A DNA stretch of 64,000 bases from Pirellulales bacterium (GCA_040901675.1 JBBDYJ010000031.1:217220-281219), one strand, 5' to 3'. Counted from the first letter of the stretch, positions 1-9,992 are shown. Numbers and translations are program-made. The notes: a model not told the origin generated them from the letters alone.

Positions 1-7
1 CCTCGAC

Positions 8-913
8 TTGGTCGAGGCCGCCCATCGCCGCGGCATGCCGGTCGTGCTGTCGAGCGTCGCCTGGTTCGACCTGGCCTCCTGCTGGCGCGAGCCCTGGCCG
101 ATTGCCCACCGCTTGTGGTCCTGCGGCAAGTTCGTCGCGCGGGCCGCCCTGCCCAGGCTCCCGTCGTGGCGGAGGGCCTTGTACCAGGCGGCCGATCTCG
201 TCCTGCCCAACTCGAAGGCCGAAGCACTCCAGCTCATCCGCTACTTCGGCGTTTCGCCTCGGCGGATCCGCGTCGTGCCCAACGGGGCCGAGCCGCGCTT
301 CGCCCGCGGCGATCCAAAACCGTTCGCCACGCTGGTCGGCTGCCGCGGCTTTGTGCTCTACGCCGGCCGCATCGAGCCCCGCAAGAACCAGCTTGGCTTC
401 TTGCGCGCCACGGCCGGGCTGGACCTGCCGGTCGTCGTGCTGGGCAGCGTCGTGCCGGGCCACGAGCCCTACCTGGCCCGCTGCCGGCAGGCCGCCGGAC
501 CGCGCGTCAAGTTCATCGACCGCGTCGAGCGCGACGGGCCGCTCTTGGCCAGCGCTTACGCGGCCTGCGGCTGCCTGGTGCTGGCGAGCTGGTTCGAAAC
601 TCCGGGCCTCGTCGCGCTGGAGGCCGGCATGTCGGGCGTGCCGCTGGTGCTGCCCGCGGGCGGCTGCGCCCGCGAGTATTTCGGCCGGCACGCCGGCTAC
701 GTGACGCCCGACGACCTGCCCGCCATCCGCCGCGAGACGCTGGCGGCCCTGCGCCGCGGCCGCAGCAACGCGCTGGCCGAGCTGGTGCGGCAGAACTATT
801 CCTGGACCGCGGCCGCCTTGGCCACCCGGGCCGCTTATTTGAACGCCGCTTACTTGAACACCACTTACTCGAACCTGGTGCAGCACTCTCCCTGCAGCCG
901 GGCCGTCGCATGA
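8..913 (+). CDS. Glycosyltransferase family 4 (GT-B); true start probably upstream of the window
   Basis: Motifs GRIEPRKNQ and SWFETPGLVALEA (ExxGxxxxEA); the stop overlaps the next start (ATGA at 910-913). Confidence 0.9.
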   Translation: MVEAAHRRGMPVVLSSVAWFDLASCWREPWPIAHRLWSCGKFVARAALPRLPSWRRALYQAADLVLPNSKAEALQLIRYFGVSPRRIRVVPNGAEPRFARGDPKPFATLVGCRGFVLYAGRIEPRKNQLGFLRATAGLDLPVVVLGSVVPGHEPYLARCRQAAGPRVKFIDRVERDGPLLASAYAACGCLVLASWFETPGLVALEAGMSGVPLVLPAGGCAREYFGRHAGYVTPDDLPAIRRETLAALRRGRSNALAELVRQNYSWTAAALATRAAYLNAAYLNTTYSNLVQHSPCSRAVA

Positions 914-2253
914 ACATGAACATGAAAAAATCGTTCGACAACGCCGGCAGTCGGCGGCGCAGCTCACCCGCGCAGCGGCGAACTCTGGGCTGCTACCGCT
1001 ACGTGCGGCTCCACTGGCGCATCCTGTTCGCGGTGGTCGATTGGCTGGGCTGCCTGGCCGCCAGGCTCGTGGCGCATCTAATGCACTCCGGCACGCCCGA
1101 GGCCGAACGCGCCGGCCCCGTCGAGTCCATCCTGCTGGTGCAGCTCGATCATATCGGCGACGCCTTGATCACGGCCGTCGTGCTGCCAGCCCTCAAGGCG
1201 CGGTTCCCCGGCGCGCGCATCGACGTACTGGCGGCCCAGTGGAACCGCGAAGTTTTTGCCGCCTGCCCCGAGATCGATCGGATCCACGTCTCACGCGTCA
1301 ACCGCTTTGCTCGCGGCCTGCGCCGTCATGCCTGGCTGGCATCGGCGTTGTGGTGGGGCTGGAAGCTGCGGCGTTACCGCTACGACCTGGCGATCGACGT
1401 CCGCGGCGAGTTCCCCCACGTTCTGATCGTCTGGCTGGCCGGAGCACGGCGGCGGCTGGGCTGGGACTGCGGCGGCGGCGGCTTCCTGCTGACCGAGCGC
1501 GCCCGCTTCTCTCCGGATCGGCCGGAGGTGCAGGCCCGCTTGGCGCTCTTGGCCCGGGTCGGAGTCGACGCGCCGGATGTGCTCGCCGGAGGCCCCTGGT
1601 TCAACCCACCGTCCGGCGCCGCTCGCAGGGTTTACGGGCTGCTGGTCGAAGCCGGCGGGCTGACAAAGCCTTGGTTCGTGATGCATCTTGGCGCGGGGAC
1701 CGAAGCCAAGCGCTGGCCCGTCGAACATTGGCGCGAGCTGTTGGGCCGCGTGATCCTGGAGTACGGCGCCCGCGTGGCCATCGTCGGCGGCCCCGGTGAG
1801 ACTCCGCTCGTGCGGGCCGTGACCCAGGGGCTCGATTGGCCGGGCGTCGTCGATTTCACCGGCCGGCTCAGCCTGGTCGAAACCGCCGCCTTGATCCAGG
1901 CGGCCCGGGTCTTCATCGGCGGCGACTCCGGGCCGGCCCACCTGGCCGCCTCGGTCGCAACGCCGGCCGTGGTTCTGTTCAGCGGAACCAACAGCGCCTC
2001 GCAGTGGCGGCCCTGGGGCGCGCGGGTCGCGGTCGTGCGGCACGACGTGCCCTGTTCTCCCTGCCACCGCCACCGCTGCCCGTGGATCGAGCACCCCTGC
2101 ATGAGCGGCATCTCGCCGTTGGACGTGATGGCATGCATCGAATCGCTCGTGGGCCCCCCGGCAACTACTCTGCCGCAACCGGCTCCCGCGGGTCCGGCGG
2201 CGCGCTCGGCATTGGCAGCCGAGCTGGCCAAACTCGCCAGGAGCCCGGCATGA
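910..2253 (+). CDS. Glycosyltransferase family 9 (heptosyltransferase-like)
   Basis: ILLVQLDHIGDAL, KRWPVEHW, GGDSGPAHLAA and CSPC motifs; start placed at the ATGA overlap within ORF 115..2253. Confidence 0.9.
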   Translation: MNMNMKKSFDNAGSRRRSSPAQRRTLGCYRYVRLHWRILFAVVDWLGCLAARLVAHLMHSGTPEAERAGPVESILLVQLDHIGDALITAVVLPALKARFPGARIDVLAAQWNREVFAACPEIDRIHVSRVNRFARGLRRHAWLASALWWGWKLRRYRYDLAIDVRGEFPHVLIVWLAGARRRLGWDCGGGGFLLTERARFSPDRPEVQARLALLARVGVDAPDVLAGGPWFNPPSGAARRVYGLLVEAGGLTKPWFVMHLGAGTEAKRWPVEHWRELLGRVILEYGARVAIVGGPGETPLVRAVTQGLDWPGVVDFTGRLSLVETAALIQAARVFIGGDSGPAHLAASVATPAVVLFSGTNSASQWRPWGARVAVVRHDVPCSPCHRHRCPWIEHPCMSGISPLDVMACIESLVGPPATTLPQPAPAGPAARSALAAELAKLARSPA

Positions 2254-2474
2254 TCGCTCCGCTTGGCAACCCGCTCGACGACCCGGCCGCGTCAGAGCGC
2301 AACGAGCCGCTGGAAATCGCCCGGCAAATTGTGGCGGCCGCCCTATTGCCGCCCCCTCCAGAAAAGCCCGCCGCCCCGCGTGTGCCGGCCTGGCAGGCTT
2401 GGCTCGTGGCCGCCTGGATGGCCGTCGTCACCCTGGCCTACGGCCTGGCAATGACCGGCTGGTGGAAACCCTGA
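2250..2474 (+). CDS. Small membrane protein (74 aa, Pro-rich linker, C-terminal TM helix)
   Basis: ATGA overlap with the GT9 stop; hydrophobic WQAWLVAAWMAVVTLAYGLAM segment. Confidence 0.6.
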   Translation: MIAPLGNPLDDPAASERNEPLEIARQIVAAALLPPPPEKPAAPRVPAWQAWLVAAWMAVVTLAYGLAMTGWWKP

Positions 2475-2518
2475 TCGGCTGGCGGAAAACTGTAACCGGC
2501 TGGTAGAGACCGTAACGG

Positions 2519-4438
2519 ATGCTCGAATCGCTGACATCGACTGTCGCCGTGGCCAGCATCGCCGCAGCGGCGTTCGGGCTGGGCCGCCCCCTGCTGCGCG
2601 GACTCGCGGTTGGCGACGACGACGCGCTGGCCACCGGCGTTTGGAGCGTCGCTCTGGGCCTGGTGTGCGGCGCCACCTTGCTGGCCGTGCTCGGCCTGGC
2701 GGGCCTCTTGTACAGGCCGGTAATCGCCGTCCTCACCCTGGTGGCCGGCGCGTGGGGCCTCGTCGAGCTGGTGCGCGCCCTGGAGCGCCAGCGCGACAGT
2801 CATTCCATCGAGCGCAAGCGCGCTACTCGTGCCCTCGAGCGCCAGCGCGGCAGCCGCCCCTTCGAGCCGCCGCGTGACGATGGCCCGCTGCCGCAGGGTG
2901 CGTGGTTACCTTACGTCCAGCTCGGCGTTGCGGGCCTGGCCGCGGCCGGCGCGCTGGTGGCGGCACTGGCGCCCCCCACGGCCGGCGATGCCCTCTGTTA
3001 CCACCTGGAATTGCCCAGGACCTTCTTGCGCGAGCACGCGCTGGTGTACCTGCCCGACAGCGACAACTGCACCTTCCCGCTCTTGATCGAGATGTGCTAC
3101 CTCTGGGCCTTGGCTCTGGACGGCGGAGTGGCGGCCCAGTTGGTCCATTGGGCCTTCGGCATCCTGCTGGCGCTGGCCACGACGGTCATGGCCCGGCCGA
3201 TTCTCGGCAAGGCCTGGGCCCGCTCGGCCGGCTGTCTCGTGCTGCTGGTGCCCGGCGTCACCAACCAGATGACGGCCCCGCTGAACGACGTGGGCCTGGC
3301 GGCCTTCACCACGCTGGCGCTGGCCGCCTGGTGGCGGGCGGCCGTCGATGATGAGGACTCTCGCTGGTACCTGGTTGCCGGCCTGGTGCTGGGCGGCGCG
3401 CTGGGTGCCAAGTACCTGGCGCTGGTCTTCGCCTTGGCGATGGCGGCGGCCGGCCTTTGGCTCTGGTGGCGGCATCCGGGGCGGCGCCGGCAGATGCTGG
3501 TGGGCACCGCCGGCATGGCCGTGATCGCCGTCAGCGTGTCGGGCCTTTGGTATGTGCGCTCAGCCTGGCACCGCGGCAACCCTGTCTACCCGTTTTTTCA
3601 CGAGCAGTTGGGCGGCCAGACGCCGCCGGATCCCGGCGACGGCAAGTTGGCCTTGGGCCGCAACCCGCTCGCGTTGCCCGCGGCGCCCTGGCAGTTGACG
3701 CTTTTTCCGGAGCGCTTCGGCGGCCGCGGCCATCAACTGGGCGCATTGTTTCTGGCGACGCTGCCCGCCCTGGTGGTATGCCGGCGGCTGCGTGGTTTGG
3801 GACTATTGTTGGGCATTTCGCTCGTCTACTTCGGGTGTTGGTTCCTGTTGCGGCAGAACGTGCGCTTCCTGCTGCCGTTGGTGCCGCTGGCGTTAGTGGG
3901 CGTGGCATGGTTCTGGATGGAGTGGCATCGGCTGCCGCGTCTGCCGGCCCTGTTCATTGGCGGCTTGACCTCGCTTTTGTTGGCCGTGGGGTTGTTTGCG
4001 GGCGTGCATCGCGCGCGCGGCAAGCTGGCGGTGGCGTTGGGTCGGGAGAGCCGCGAGTCGTATCTTTTGCGGTCCGAGCCGACCTACCGGGCCGCGTTGT
4101 ACGCCAACCTGGTGCTGGGCGAAGGGGCGCACATTTTGAGCCAGGAGCATCGCAGCTTTTATTTCCAGCCGCGTGTCACGCGCGAGAGCATTTACCGCCG
4201 CCGCACGGCGTACGACCAGTCGCTCGAATCCGCCTCGCTGTTGAGCGGCCGCCTGAGAGAAGCCGGTTTCACGCATCTTTTGTTGGCCGAGGCGGAGAAC
4301 GACGCCGGCGTCCGTTACAACGCGACGTTGTCGCGGCTGGCCGAGGCAGACGAAGAGGGCATACGTTGTTTGACCGAGTATCGTTTCTGCGACACCGACG
4401 GCGCCATCCGCCGCTACCGCCTGATGTCGCTGCGCTAG
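2519..4438 (+). CDS. Polytopic GT-C (ArnT/PMT-like) membrane glycosyltransferase
   Basis: Many TM helices; GDALCYHL loop, WYVRSAWHRGNPVYPF and RFLLP motifs. Confidence 0.75.
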   Translation: MLESLTSTVAVASIAAAAFGLGRPLLRGLAVGDDDALATGVWSVALGLVCGATLLAVLGLAGLLYRPVIAVLTLVAGAWGLVELVRALERQRDSHSIERKRATRALERQRGSRPFEPPRDDGPLPQGAWLPYVQLGVAGLAAAGALVAALAPPTAGDALCYHLELPRTFLREHALVYLPDSDNCTFPLLIEMCYLWALALDGGVAAQLVHWAFGILLALATTVMARPILGKAWARSAGCLVLLVPGVTNQMTAPLNDVGLAAFTTLALAAWWRAAVDDEDSRWYLVAGLVLGGALGAKYLALVFALAMAAAGLWLWWRHPGRRRQMLVGTAGMAVIAVSVSGLWYVRSAWHRGNPVYPFFHEQLGGQTPPDPGDGKLALGRNPLALPAAPWQLTLFPERFGGRGHQLGALFLATLPALVVCRRLRGLGLLLGISLVYFGCWFLLRQNVRFLLPLVPLALVGVAWFWMEWHRLPRLPALFIGGLTSLLLAVGLFAGVHRARGKLAVALGRESRESYLLRSEPTYRAALYANLVLGEGAHILSQEHRSFYFQPRVTRESIYRRRTAYDQSLESASLLSGRLREAGFTHLLLAEAENDAGVRYNATLSRLAEADEEGIRCLTEYRFCDTDGAIRRYRLMSLR

Positions 4439-4440
4439 GC

Positions 4441-4550
4441 AGCCCGATTCGCCAGAATTCGGGCCGTTTCGTTCGTCGTGTTGATGGAGCCGGATTCGCC
4501 AGAATTCGGGCGGTTCCACATGCAACCAGAACTCTGGCGAGTTCTGCTAC
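4441..4550. repeat. REP-like cluster: two direct copies plus one inverted variant
   Basis: agcc(c/g)gattcgccagaattcgggc at 4441 and 4488; inverted ccagaactctggcgagttctgctac at 4526-4550; same family at 55740-55893. Confidence 0.8.
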
Positions 4551-4597
4551 TCCAGTTGCCATTGGTGATGCATAAGCCCCGTTATAAGATTGCCCCC

Positions 4598-4702
4598 TTG
4601 GGACTTAGATCTTGGTGCTTTGGTCTTTAGGTGAGGCCAAGTGCGACCCCCAAGCACCAAGAACAAAGTGCCAAGCACCAAGCACCAAGAACAAAGCACC
4701 AA
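4598..4702. repeat. Heptamer short tandem repeats (CAAGCAC/CAAGAAC), partly inverted arms
   Basis: ttgggacttagatcttggtgctttgg followed by caagcaccaagaacaaagtgccaagcaccaagcaccaagaacaaagcaccaa. Confidence 0.75.
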
Positions 4703-4716
4703 CCAGGAGACCGACC

Positions 4717-5649
4717 ATGGAAGGTTGGCAGACCCAGGTCATGGCCGACCCGGCCGGCCGGCTCAGCCGCACGCTGCCGCTGACCGTGCTGCTGCCGGCC
4801 TTCAACGAAGAACAGGCCATCCGCCGCGTGCTGGCCGAAGTGGTCGAAGCACTAGGCGATGAGCCGGAACCTTACGAGATCGTGGTGGTCGATGATGCCT
4901 CGACCGACCGCACCGCCGAGCTGGCCGAACAGTTCGCGGCCGACTGCTGGCAGTGCCCGGTCCGCGTGATCCGCTGCCCGGTCAACCGCGGCGCGGGGGC
5001 CGCCCGCAAGGTCGGCATCCGGGCGGCCCAGGGCGATGTCGTGGTCATGCTCGACGCCGACGGCAGCTACCCGGCGTCGGCGATCCGCGAGCTGCTGCAG
5101 TTCTTCCCCGCCTTCGACCAGGTCAACGGCGCACGGACCAGCGAGCAAGGCACGCTCCCCTGGCTGCGCGGACCGGCCAAGTGGTTCATCCGCAAGCTGG
5201 CCTGCTACCTGACCGGCCACCGCATCCCCGATCTCAACACCGGACTCAAGGCCTTCAAGCGCGAGGCGATGCTCCCCTGGCTGTGGGTCGTCCCCGACGG
5301 CTTCAGTTGCGTGACGACCATGACGCTGGCCTTCCTGACCAACGGCTACGCGGTGAAGTACGTGCCCACCGAGTACCGGCCGCGGATCGGCAGCAGCAAG
5401 TTTCATCCCATCCACGACACGTTGGCCTACCTGGGCACGGTGCTGAGGATCGTGCTCTATTTCCGCCCACTCAAGGTCTTCCTGCCGCTGGCCGGGATGC
5501 TGATCGCCGGCGGAGCGGCCAAGAGCGTTTGGAGCCGCCTGTCGACCGGCAGCATGCAAGAGTCCGACATCGTGATCATGGTGGCGGGCTTTATGACCGC
5601 CATGCTCGGCCTGCTGGCCGAGGTGATCGTGGCCCACCATCGCCGCTAA
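4717..5649 (+). CDS. GT2 glycosyltransferase, polyprenol-phosphate sugar synthase (DPM/ArnC-like) with two C-terminal TM helices
   Basis: LPAFNEE, VVVDDASTD, NRGAGAA, MLDADGSY and YRPRIGSSK motifs; AGGAGA RBS at 4705-4710. Confidence 0.9.
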   Translation: MEGWQTQVMADPAGRLSRTLPLTVLLPAFNEEQAIRRVLAEVVEALGDEPEPYEIVVVDDASTDRTAELAEQFAADCWQCPVRVIRCPVNRGAGAARKVGIRAAQGDVVVMLDADGSYPASAIRELLQFFPAFDQVNGARTSEQGTLPWLRGPAKWFIRKLACYLTGHRIPDLNTGLKAFKREAMLPWLWVVPDGFSCVTTMTLAFLTNGYAVKYVPTEYRPRIGSSKFHPIHDTLAYLGTVLRIVLYFRPLKVFLPLAGMLIAGGAAKSVWSRLSTGSMQESDIVIMVAGFMTAMLGLLAEVIVAHHRR

Positions 5650-5695
5650 GAGAGGAACACCCGCCGATGCCGCTTCGCTATCGACGTTCAAACCG

Positions 5696-7411
5696 ATGAC
5701 GCTCCTCACAACCGACGCCTCGACTCGACCATCCGCCGGCTGGCAAGCCCAGGCATCGACGCGCCGCGATGCCGCGCTGCGGGACCGCTACCTCGCGTCG
5801 GCCCTGGCCTGTGTTCCGCGGCTCTTGGGCGCGGTGGACCGCAATCCGTACCGCCCGACGTATGGCTGCTTCGACCGCGAGTTCTGGCACTATCGCACCA
5901 GCGGCTTCGCCAGCCAGATGTACCAGGAGGCGGTCCTGCCGCTGGCACTCGTTTATGCCCACCCGCTGCCGGCGAACCGCTGGCATGGCCAGGCGCGGCT
6001 GGCCGAGCTGGCGCTGGCAGGCCTGGAGTTCTGTGCCCGCAGCAGCCACCGCGACGGCTCCTGCGACGACTACTATCCTTTCGAACGGGCCCTGGGGGCG
6101 GCCGTGTTCTCGTTGCAGGCCGCCGCCCGCGCCTGCCAGCTCCTCCGACTCGAAAGCCCGCGAGTGCGCGACTGGCTGGTGAAGCGGGCCCGCTGGGTCG
6201 CCCGGCAAGATGAGTCGGGCCGGCTAGCCAACCACCAGGCGCTGGCCGCCTTGGGGCTGACGCGCGTGGCCCAGCTCACCGGCGACGAGCGGTTTGTCCA
6301 GGCAGCCCGAGCACGCCTCGAGCGCGTGCTGTCCTGGCAATCGGACGAGGGCTGGTTCGAGGAGTATGGCGGGGCCGACCCCGGCTATCAGACGGTCACC
6401 ATCGACTGCCTGGCCAAGATCCGCCGTCTGACGGGCGAGAAGTCTCTGGACGAACCGTTGCGGCGGGCCGTGGCCTTCGCACGGTTGTTCTTGCACCCCG
6501 ACGGCAGTTGCGGTGGACCGTACGGCAGCCGCGGAACGATGCACTTCTATCCGCACGGCTTCGAGCTGCTGGCATCTGACAATGCCGAGGCGGCGGACAT
6601 GGCCGATGGGTTTCTCCGCGCGCTGGCCGCCGGCACGCAGGCCTGGTTCGAGGACGACCGGATGTACGCGCACCGGCTGGCCAACCTGCTGGAGGCCTAC
6701 CTCGACTGGTCGCCGAAGCGTCCCGCGCCGGCCGCACAGCCCGCGCTCGCCGGCAACGAGGCGACCGTGTACTTGCCGAAGGCCGGGCTGCTCGTGCGGC
6801 GCCATGACGGCGGGCACACGGTGGTCTCGGCCGCCCGCGGCGGAGCCTTCAAGCACTTCGCCGCCGGCCGGCCGTGCGTCACGGACGCCGGGCTGATCCT
6901 GGAAACAACCGATGGCCGTCTGGCCGTCTCGCAGTGTCACGGCCACGGGCGGCGAGTGGATTGGAACGGGCGGCTGACCGTCAGCGGGCCACTCAACTGG
7001 GTGCGCTTCGAAACGGCCAGCCCGCTCAAGCTGGCATTGTTTCACGCGGGCATGTGGCTGGTCGGACGCTGGTGCCGCACGCTGGTCCGCAGGCTGCTGC
7101 AGCGCCGGCTGATCACCGGCCGCCGTGCTTGCCCGGTGCGGCTGACTCGCACAGTTCAGTTTGAACCTGGCGACTTCGAGCGCCCCGCGCCGGGCCTCGT
7201 GCAAGACCTCGTTCGGGTTTCCGATCGGATCGAGATCATCGACCCGGCTCTGCACGTCAGGCGTATGCACTTCAGCACCGACATGGAAGCCGCCTACGTG
7301 GCCGCCTCGGGCGTTTATCAGCAGTCCGTGCTGGAGCCTTGGACTGACCTGTCTGAATACGTGGAGGAGTTGAACCGATGCCGGCAGGTAACGATTATGC
7401 GCGAGCTGTGA
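5696..7411 (+). CDS. Uncharacterised protein, probable alpha/alpha-toroid (heparinase II/III- or epimerase-like) fold
   Basis: 571-aa ORF within the glycosylation operon; ANHQALAA and QSDEGWFEEYGGADPGY helical-repeat motifs. Confidence 0.6.
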   Translation: MTLLTTDASTRPSAGWQAQASTRRDAALRDRYLASALACVPRLLGAVDRNPYRPTYGCFDREFWHYRTSGFASQMYQEAVLPLALVYAHPLPANRWHGQARLAELALAGLEFCARSSHRDGSCDDYYPFERALGAAVFSLQAAARACQLLRLESPRVRDWLVKRARWVARQDESGRLANHQALAALGLTRVAQLTGDERFVQAARARLERVLSWQSDEGWFEEYGGADPGYQTVTIDCLAKIRRLTGEKSLDEPLRRAVAFARLFLHPDGSCGGPYGSRGTMHFYPHGFELLASDNAEAADMADGFLRALAAGTQAWFEDDRMYAHRLANLLEAYLDWSPKRPAPAAQPALAGNEATVYLPKAGLLVRRHDGGHTVVSAARGGAFKHFAAGRPCVTDAGLILETTDGRLAVSQCHGHGRRVDWNGRLTVSGPLNWVRFETASPLKLALFHAGMWLVGRWCRTLVRRLLQRRLITGRRACPVRLTRTVQFEPGDFERPAPGLVQDLVRVSDRIEIIDPALHVRRMHFSTDMEAAYVAASGVYQQSVLEPWTDLSEYVEELNRCRQVTIMREL

Positions 7412-8304
7412 TCAGGTGCGGCCGGTTTGTCGCCAAGCTGGCCTTTTCGCGGCTCGGCAAGATCACGCTGGCGCTTCTGCTGCTGGCCGTCTTGTACCAG
7501 GCCGCCGACTGGCGGGCCGTCGGCCGGTCGCTGATCACGCTCGACGCCCGCTACCTGGCAATGGCGATGCTGCTGTTCGTGCCGCAGACGGTCGTCTCGG
7601 CCTGGCGCTGGCAGAAGCTGGCCGCCCCGGTCGCGCGGATTACGCTGGCCGCATCGGTGCGGCACGTGCTTTCGGCGTCGGCCTTGAACCTGATATTGCC
7701 TTCGAAGCTGGGCGACCTCGGCAAGGCGATGATGCTGCCGCTGGACACTTCTCCCAAGCGGGTCCGCGCTGTCAGGGCGGCGATGCTCGAGAAAGTCGCC
7801 GACGTAGGAGCATTGATCGCCTTGTGGCTGTGGGGTGCCCTCGACTTTTCCCCCTGGTTCGGGCTCGGCTTGCTGTGCCTGATCGTCATTGCTACCGACG
7901 GCCGGCTGGTTGTGATCTCGATCGGGCTCTGGAGCCTGCACCTCCTGCAGATCGACTGTTTCTTGAAGGCAGCCGGCGTGTTCGTCGATTGGCCCGTGGT
8001 GTGCGCCCGCGTGCCGGCCGCCCTGTTTGCCGGCATGCTGCCGATCACGATGTGCGGCCTGGGGACGCGCGACTCGGTCCTGGTGTGGCTCTTTTCCGAC
8101 GTGGCCGCGTCGCCGGCCATGCTGGCGGTCGGCACCTTGACTTTCCTCAGGTACCTCGTGCCCGGAGCCGTTGGACTCCTGCTCGTGCCAAGCATGCTTC
8201 ACTGGCGACCGGCGGCGCCTGACTCGCGAGCGGTCGACGTGCCGGTGCCTGTGCCGGCCGGCAGAGCCAAGAGAGGAGTGCTGTCGGCCGCACGCAACCG
8301 ATAG
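7408..8304 (+). CDS. Lysylphosphatidylglycerol synthase TM-domain / flippase-like membrane protein
   Basis: AWRWQKL, NLILPSKLGD and LPITMCGLGTRD motifs; GTGA overlap with the previous stop. Confidence 0.85.
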   Translation: MIRCGRFVAKLAFSRLGKITLALLLLAVLYQAADWRAVGRSLITLDARYLAMAMLLFVPQTVVSAWRWQKLAAPVARITLAASVRHVLSASALNLILPSKLGDLGKAMMLPLDTSPKRVRAVRAAMLEKVADVGALIALWLWGALDFSPWFGLGLLCLIVIATDGRLVVISIGLWSLHLLQIDCFLKAAGVFVDWPVVCARVPAALFAGMLPITMCGLGTRDSVLVWLFSDVAASPAMLAVGTLTFLRYLVPGAVGLLLVPSMLHWRPAAPDSRAVDVPVPVPAGRAKRGVLSAARNR

Positions 8305-9815
8305 ACGCGGAAATCCGGGCCTGAGGAGATCAGGGCCCGCCGGTCGAGCTGGGTTTGTGTGGCTGGGCTACTCGCCTGGTCGAGGCCGGCGACGACCAGC
8401 CAGCGGGCGCCTTGGCGCTCGGCTTCGGCGAGCTGGCGGTCGAGATCCTCCGATGCGGCAGATAGGGCCCATCCCGGACGATTGCAGTAATAGAGGAGGT
8501 CCGGGGCCGAGCCGTGCACGGTCACCACCGGCTCTTGCGGGCCGGCGATCTCGTCCAGGGCCGCAGCGGCCACGACGACGCTGCGGTCCTCTTGGGGCGT
8601 GCTAAATGCCGGCTTGGCGGCGTGCCGCATCGAGAACGCCAGCCCCGCCAGCAGCAGGGCCGCCGTGGCAACCCGGCCCGGCCCGAGCCGCTGGTGGACC
8701 AGGTGCCAACCCAATCCGGCCATGACGCACAGCGGCGGCAAGACGACCAGGTAGTAGTAATTCATCGCGTAGAACTTGGCCGGCAGCAAGACGACCAGGC
8801 CGGCCATTGCCGCCAGCCAGATCGCGTGCCGCCGCCCGGCAGGGTGCAGGCAGCCGGCCATGACCAGCAGAAGTCCGATCGGCGTCAGCGCCGGGCCGGC
8901 CAGGTCGTCCATCGCCTGCCGGTAGAAGTCGGGCGTGGACAAGAGCGGGTGCGGCATCGGGTGGTCCGACGCGCTTTGGCGCACCGAGTAGTAGACCCGC
9001 TCGGACAGTGGCCCGCCGGGCGCGCCCAGGTGCATTGCCATGGCAAACCAGCCGAGCCCGGGCGCGACCGCCACGATGGCCGCCGCCCCGGCCGGCAGCC
9101 AGCGCCTCTGCCGCGTGTTGACCGCCATGGTGCGCCTGGCTTGCCAGACCATGGCGCTCAATGGCGCCAGCAGGACCAGCATGTAGATCTTGGTGAGCAC
9201 CGCCAGCGCCAGGCCGACGGCCGCCAGGACCAACCAGCGGCTGCGTCCGGCGGCAAGCCAAACATCCAGACAATAGAACGTCGCCAACGTGAAGGCGACC
9301 AGCGAAGCTTCCAGCATAAAGCTCTGGCCGAAGATGATGCTGACCGGCGACAGCGCCAGCACGGCGCCGGCGCCGGCCGCCGCCACGCTGCCGTGCCAGC
9401 GGGCGACGAGCAGGTAGAGCAAGGCGACCGCCGCGACGCTGAAGCCAATCGACGTCAACCGCCCCCACGCATCAAGCGAGCCGCCGCAGCATCGCCACGC
9501 CAGGCCGGTCAGGTACGCCGACACGGGGACCTCCAGCAGGTGCCAGCCTCGCTCGCCCCCTTCGATGCAATCGACCGTAGGCAGCCAGGCGGGTGCCCGG
9601 CCTTCGGCCCAGTTGCGGGCGATCATGGCATAGATCACGTTCTTGGTGGCAAAGTTGCCGGCCAGCGGCCGATTGAGGCCCGGCAGCCGGACCGCCGCCG
9701 TCAGCAGCAACAACCCGCAGAGGATCCAGGCGCAGCGTGCCGACCGCGTGGCCGGCCTCTCGCCGGCAAGCTGCACAGCCTGGGAAGTCGCCGCATTCGG
9801 GGCAGCGGATACCAT
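8199..9815 (-). CDS. GT-C (ArnT/GT39-like) membrane glycosyltransferase
   Basis: YAMIARNW, GRLTSI and LAVLTK motifs, multiple TM helices and a soluble C-terminal domain. Confidence 0.8.
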   Translation of the reverse strand: MVSAAPNAATSQAVQLAGERPATRSARCAWILCGLLLLTAAVRLPGLNRPLAGNFATKNVIYAMIARNWAEGRAPAWLPTVDCIEGGERGWHLLEVPVSAYLTGLAWRCCGGSLDAWGRLTSIGFSVAAVALLYLLVARWHGSVAAAGAGAVLALSPVSIIFGQSFMLEASLVAFTLATFYCLDVWLAAGRSRWLVLAAVGLALAVLTKIYMLVLLAPLSAMVWQARRTMAVNTRQRRWLPAGAAAIVAVAPGLGWFAMAMHLGAPGGPLSERVYYSVRQSASDHPMPHPLLSTPDFYRQAMDDLAGPALTPIGLLLVMAGCLHPAGRRHAIWLAAMAGLVVLLPAKFYAMNYYYLVVLPPLCVMAGLGWHLVHQRLGPGRVATAALLLAGLAFSMRHAAKPAFSTPQEDRSVVVAAAALDEIAGPQEPVVTVHGSAPDLLYYCNRPGWALSAASEDLDRQLAEAERQGARWLVVAGLDQASSPATQTQLDRRALISSGPDFRVYRLRAADSTPLLALPAGTGTGTSTARESGAAGRQ

Positions 9816-9992
9816 GCGTCGCCAACCGCGGTTTCGCCGGAAAAATGGAAAAAGATGCTGATTGGGTGGATTGTCCGGCCGAATATATCGCTACAGCCCG
9901 TTGCAACACAGACCAACCGGCCCGCGCGGTCGAGTGCTGGCTTGGCGGGCATGGGGCACCGTCCAGTTCAATCGCCTTCGAACGAGGAATCC

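Noticed and set aside
115..909. N-terminal 265 aa of ORF 115..2253
   Set aside because: Out-of-frame overlap with the GT4 gene; the GT9 start is better placed at 910.
8514..9992. N-terminal part of ORF 8514..10298
   Set aside because: Antisense to the GT-C gene; only the lipoprotein from 9993 has an RBS and a signal peptide.
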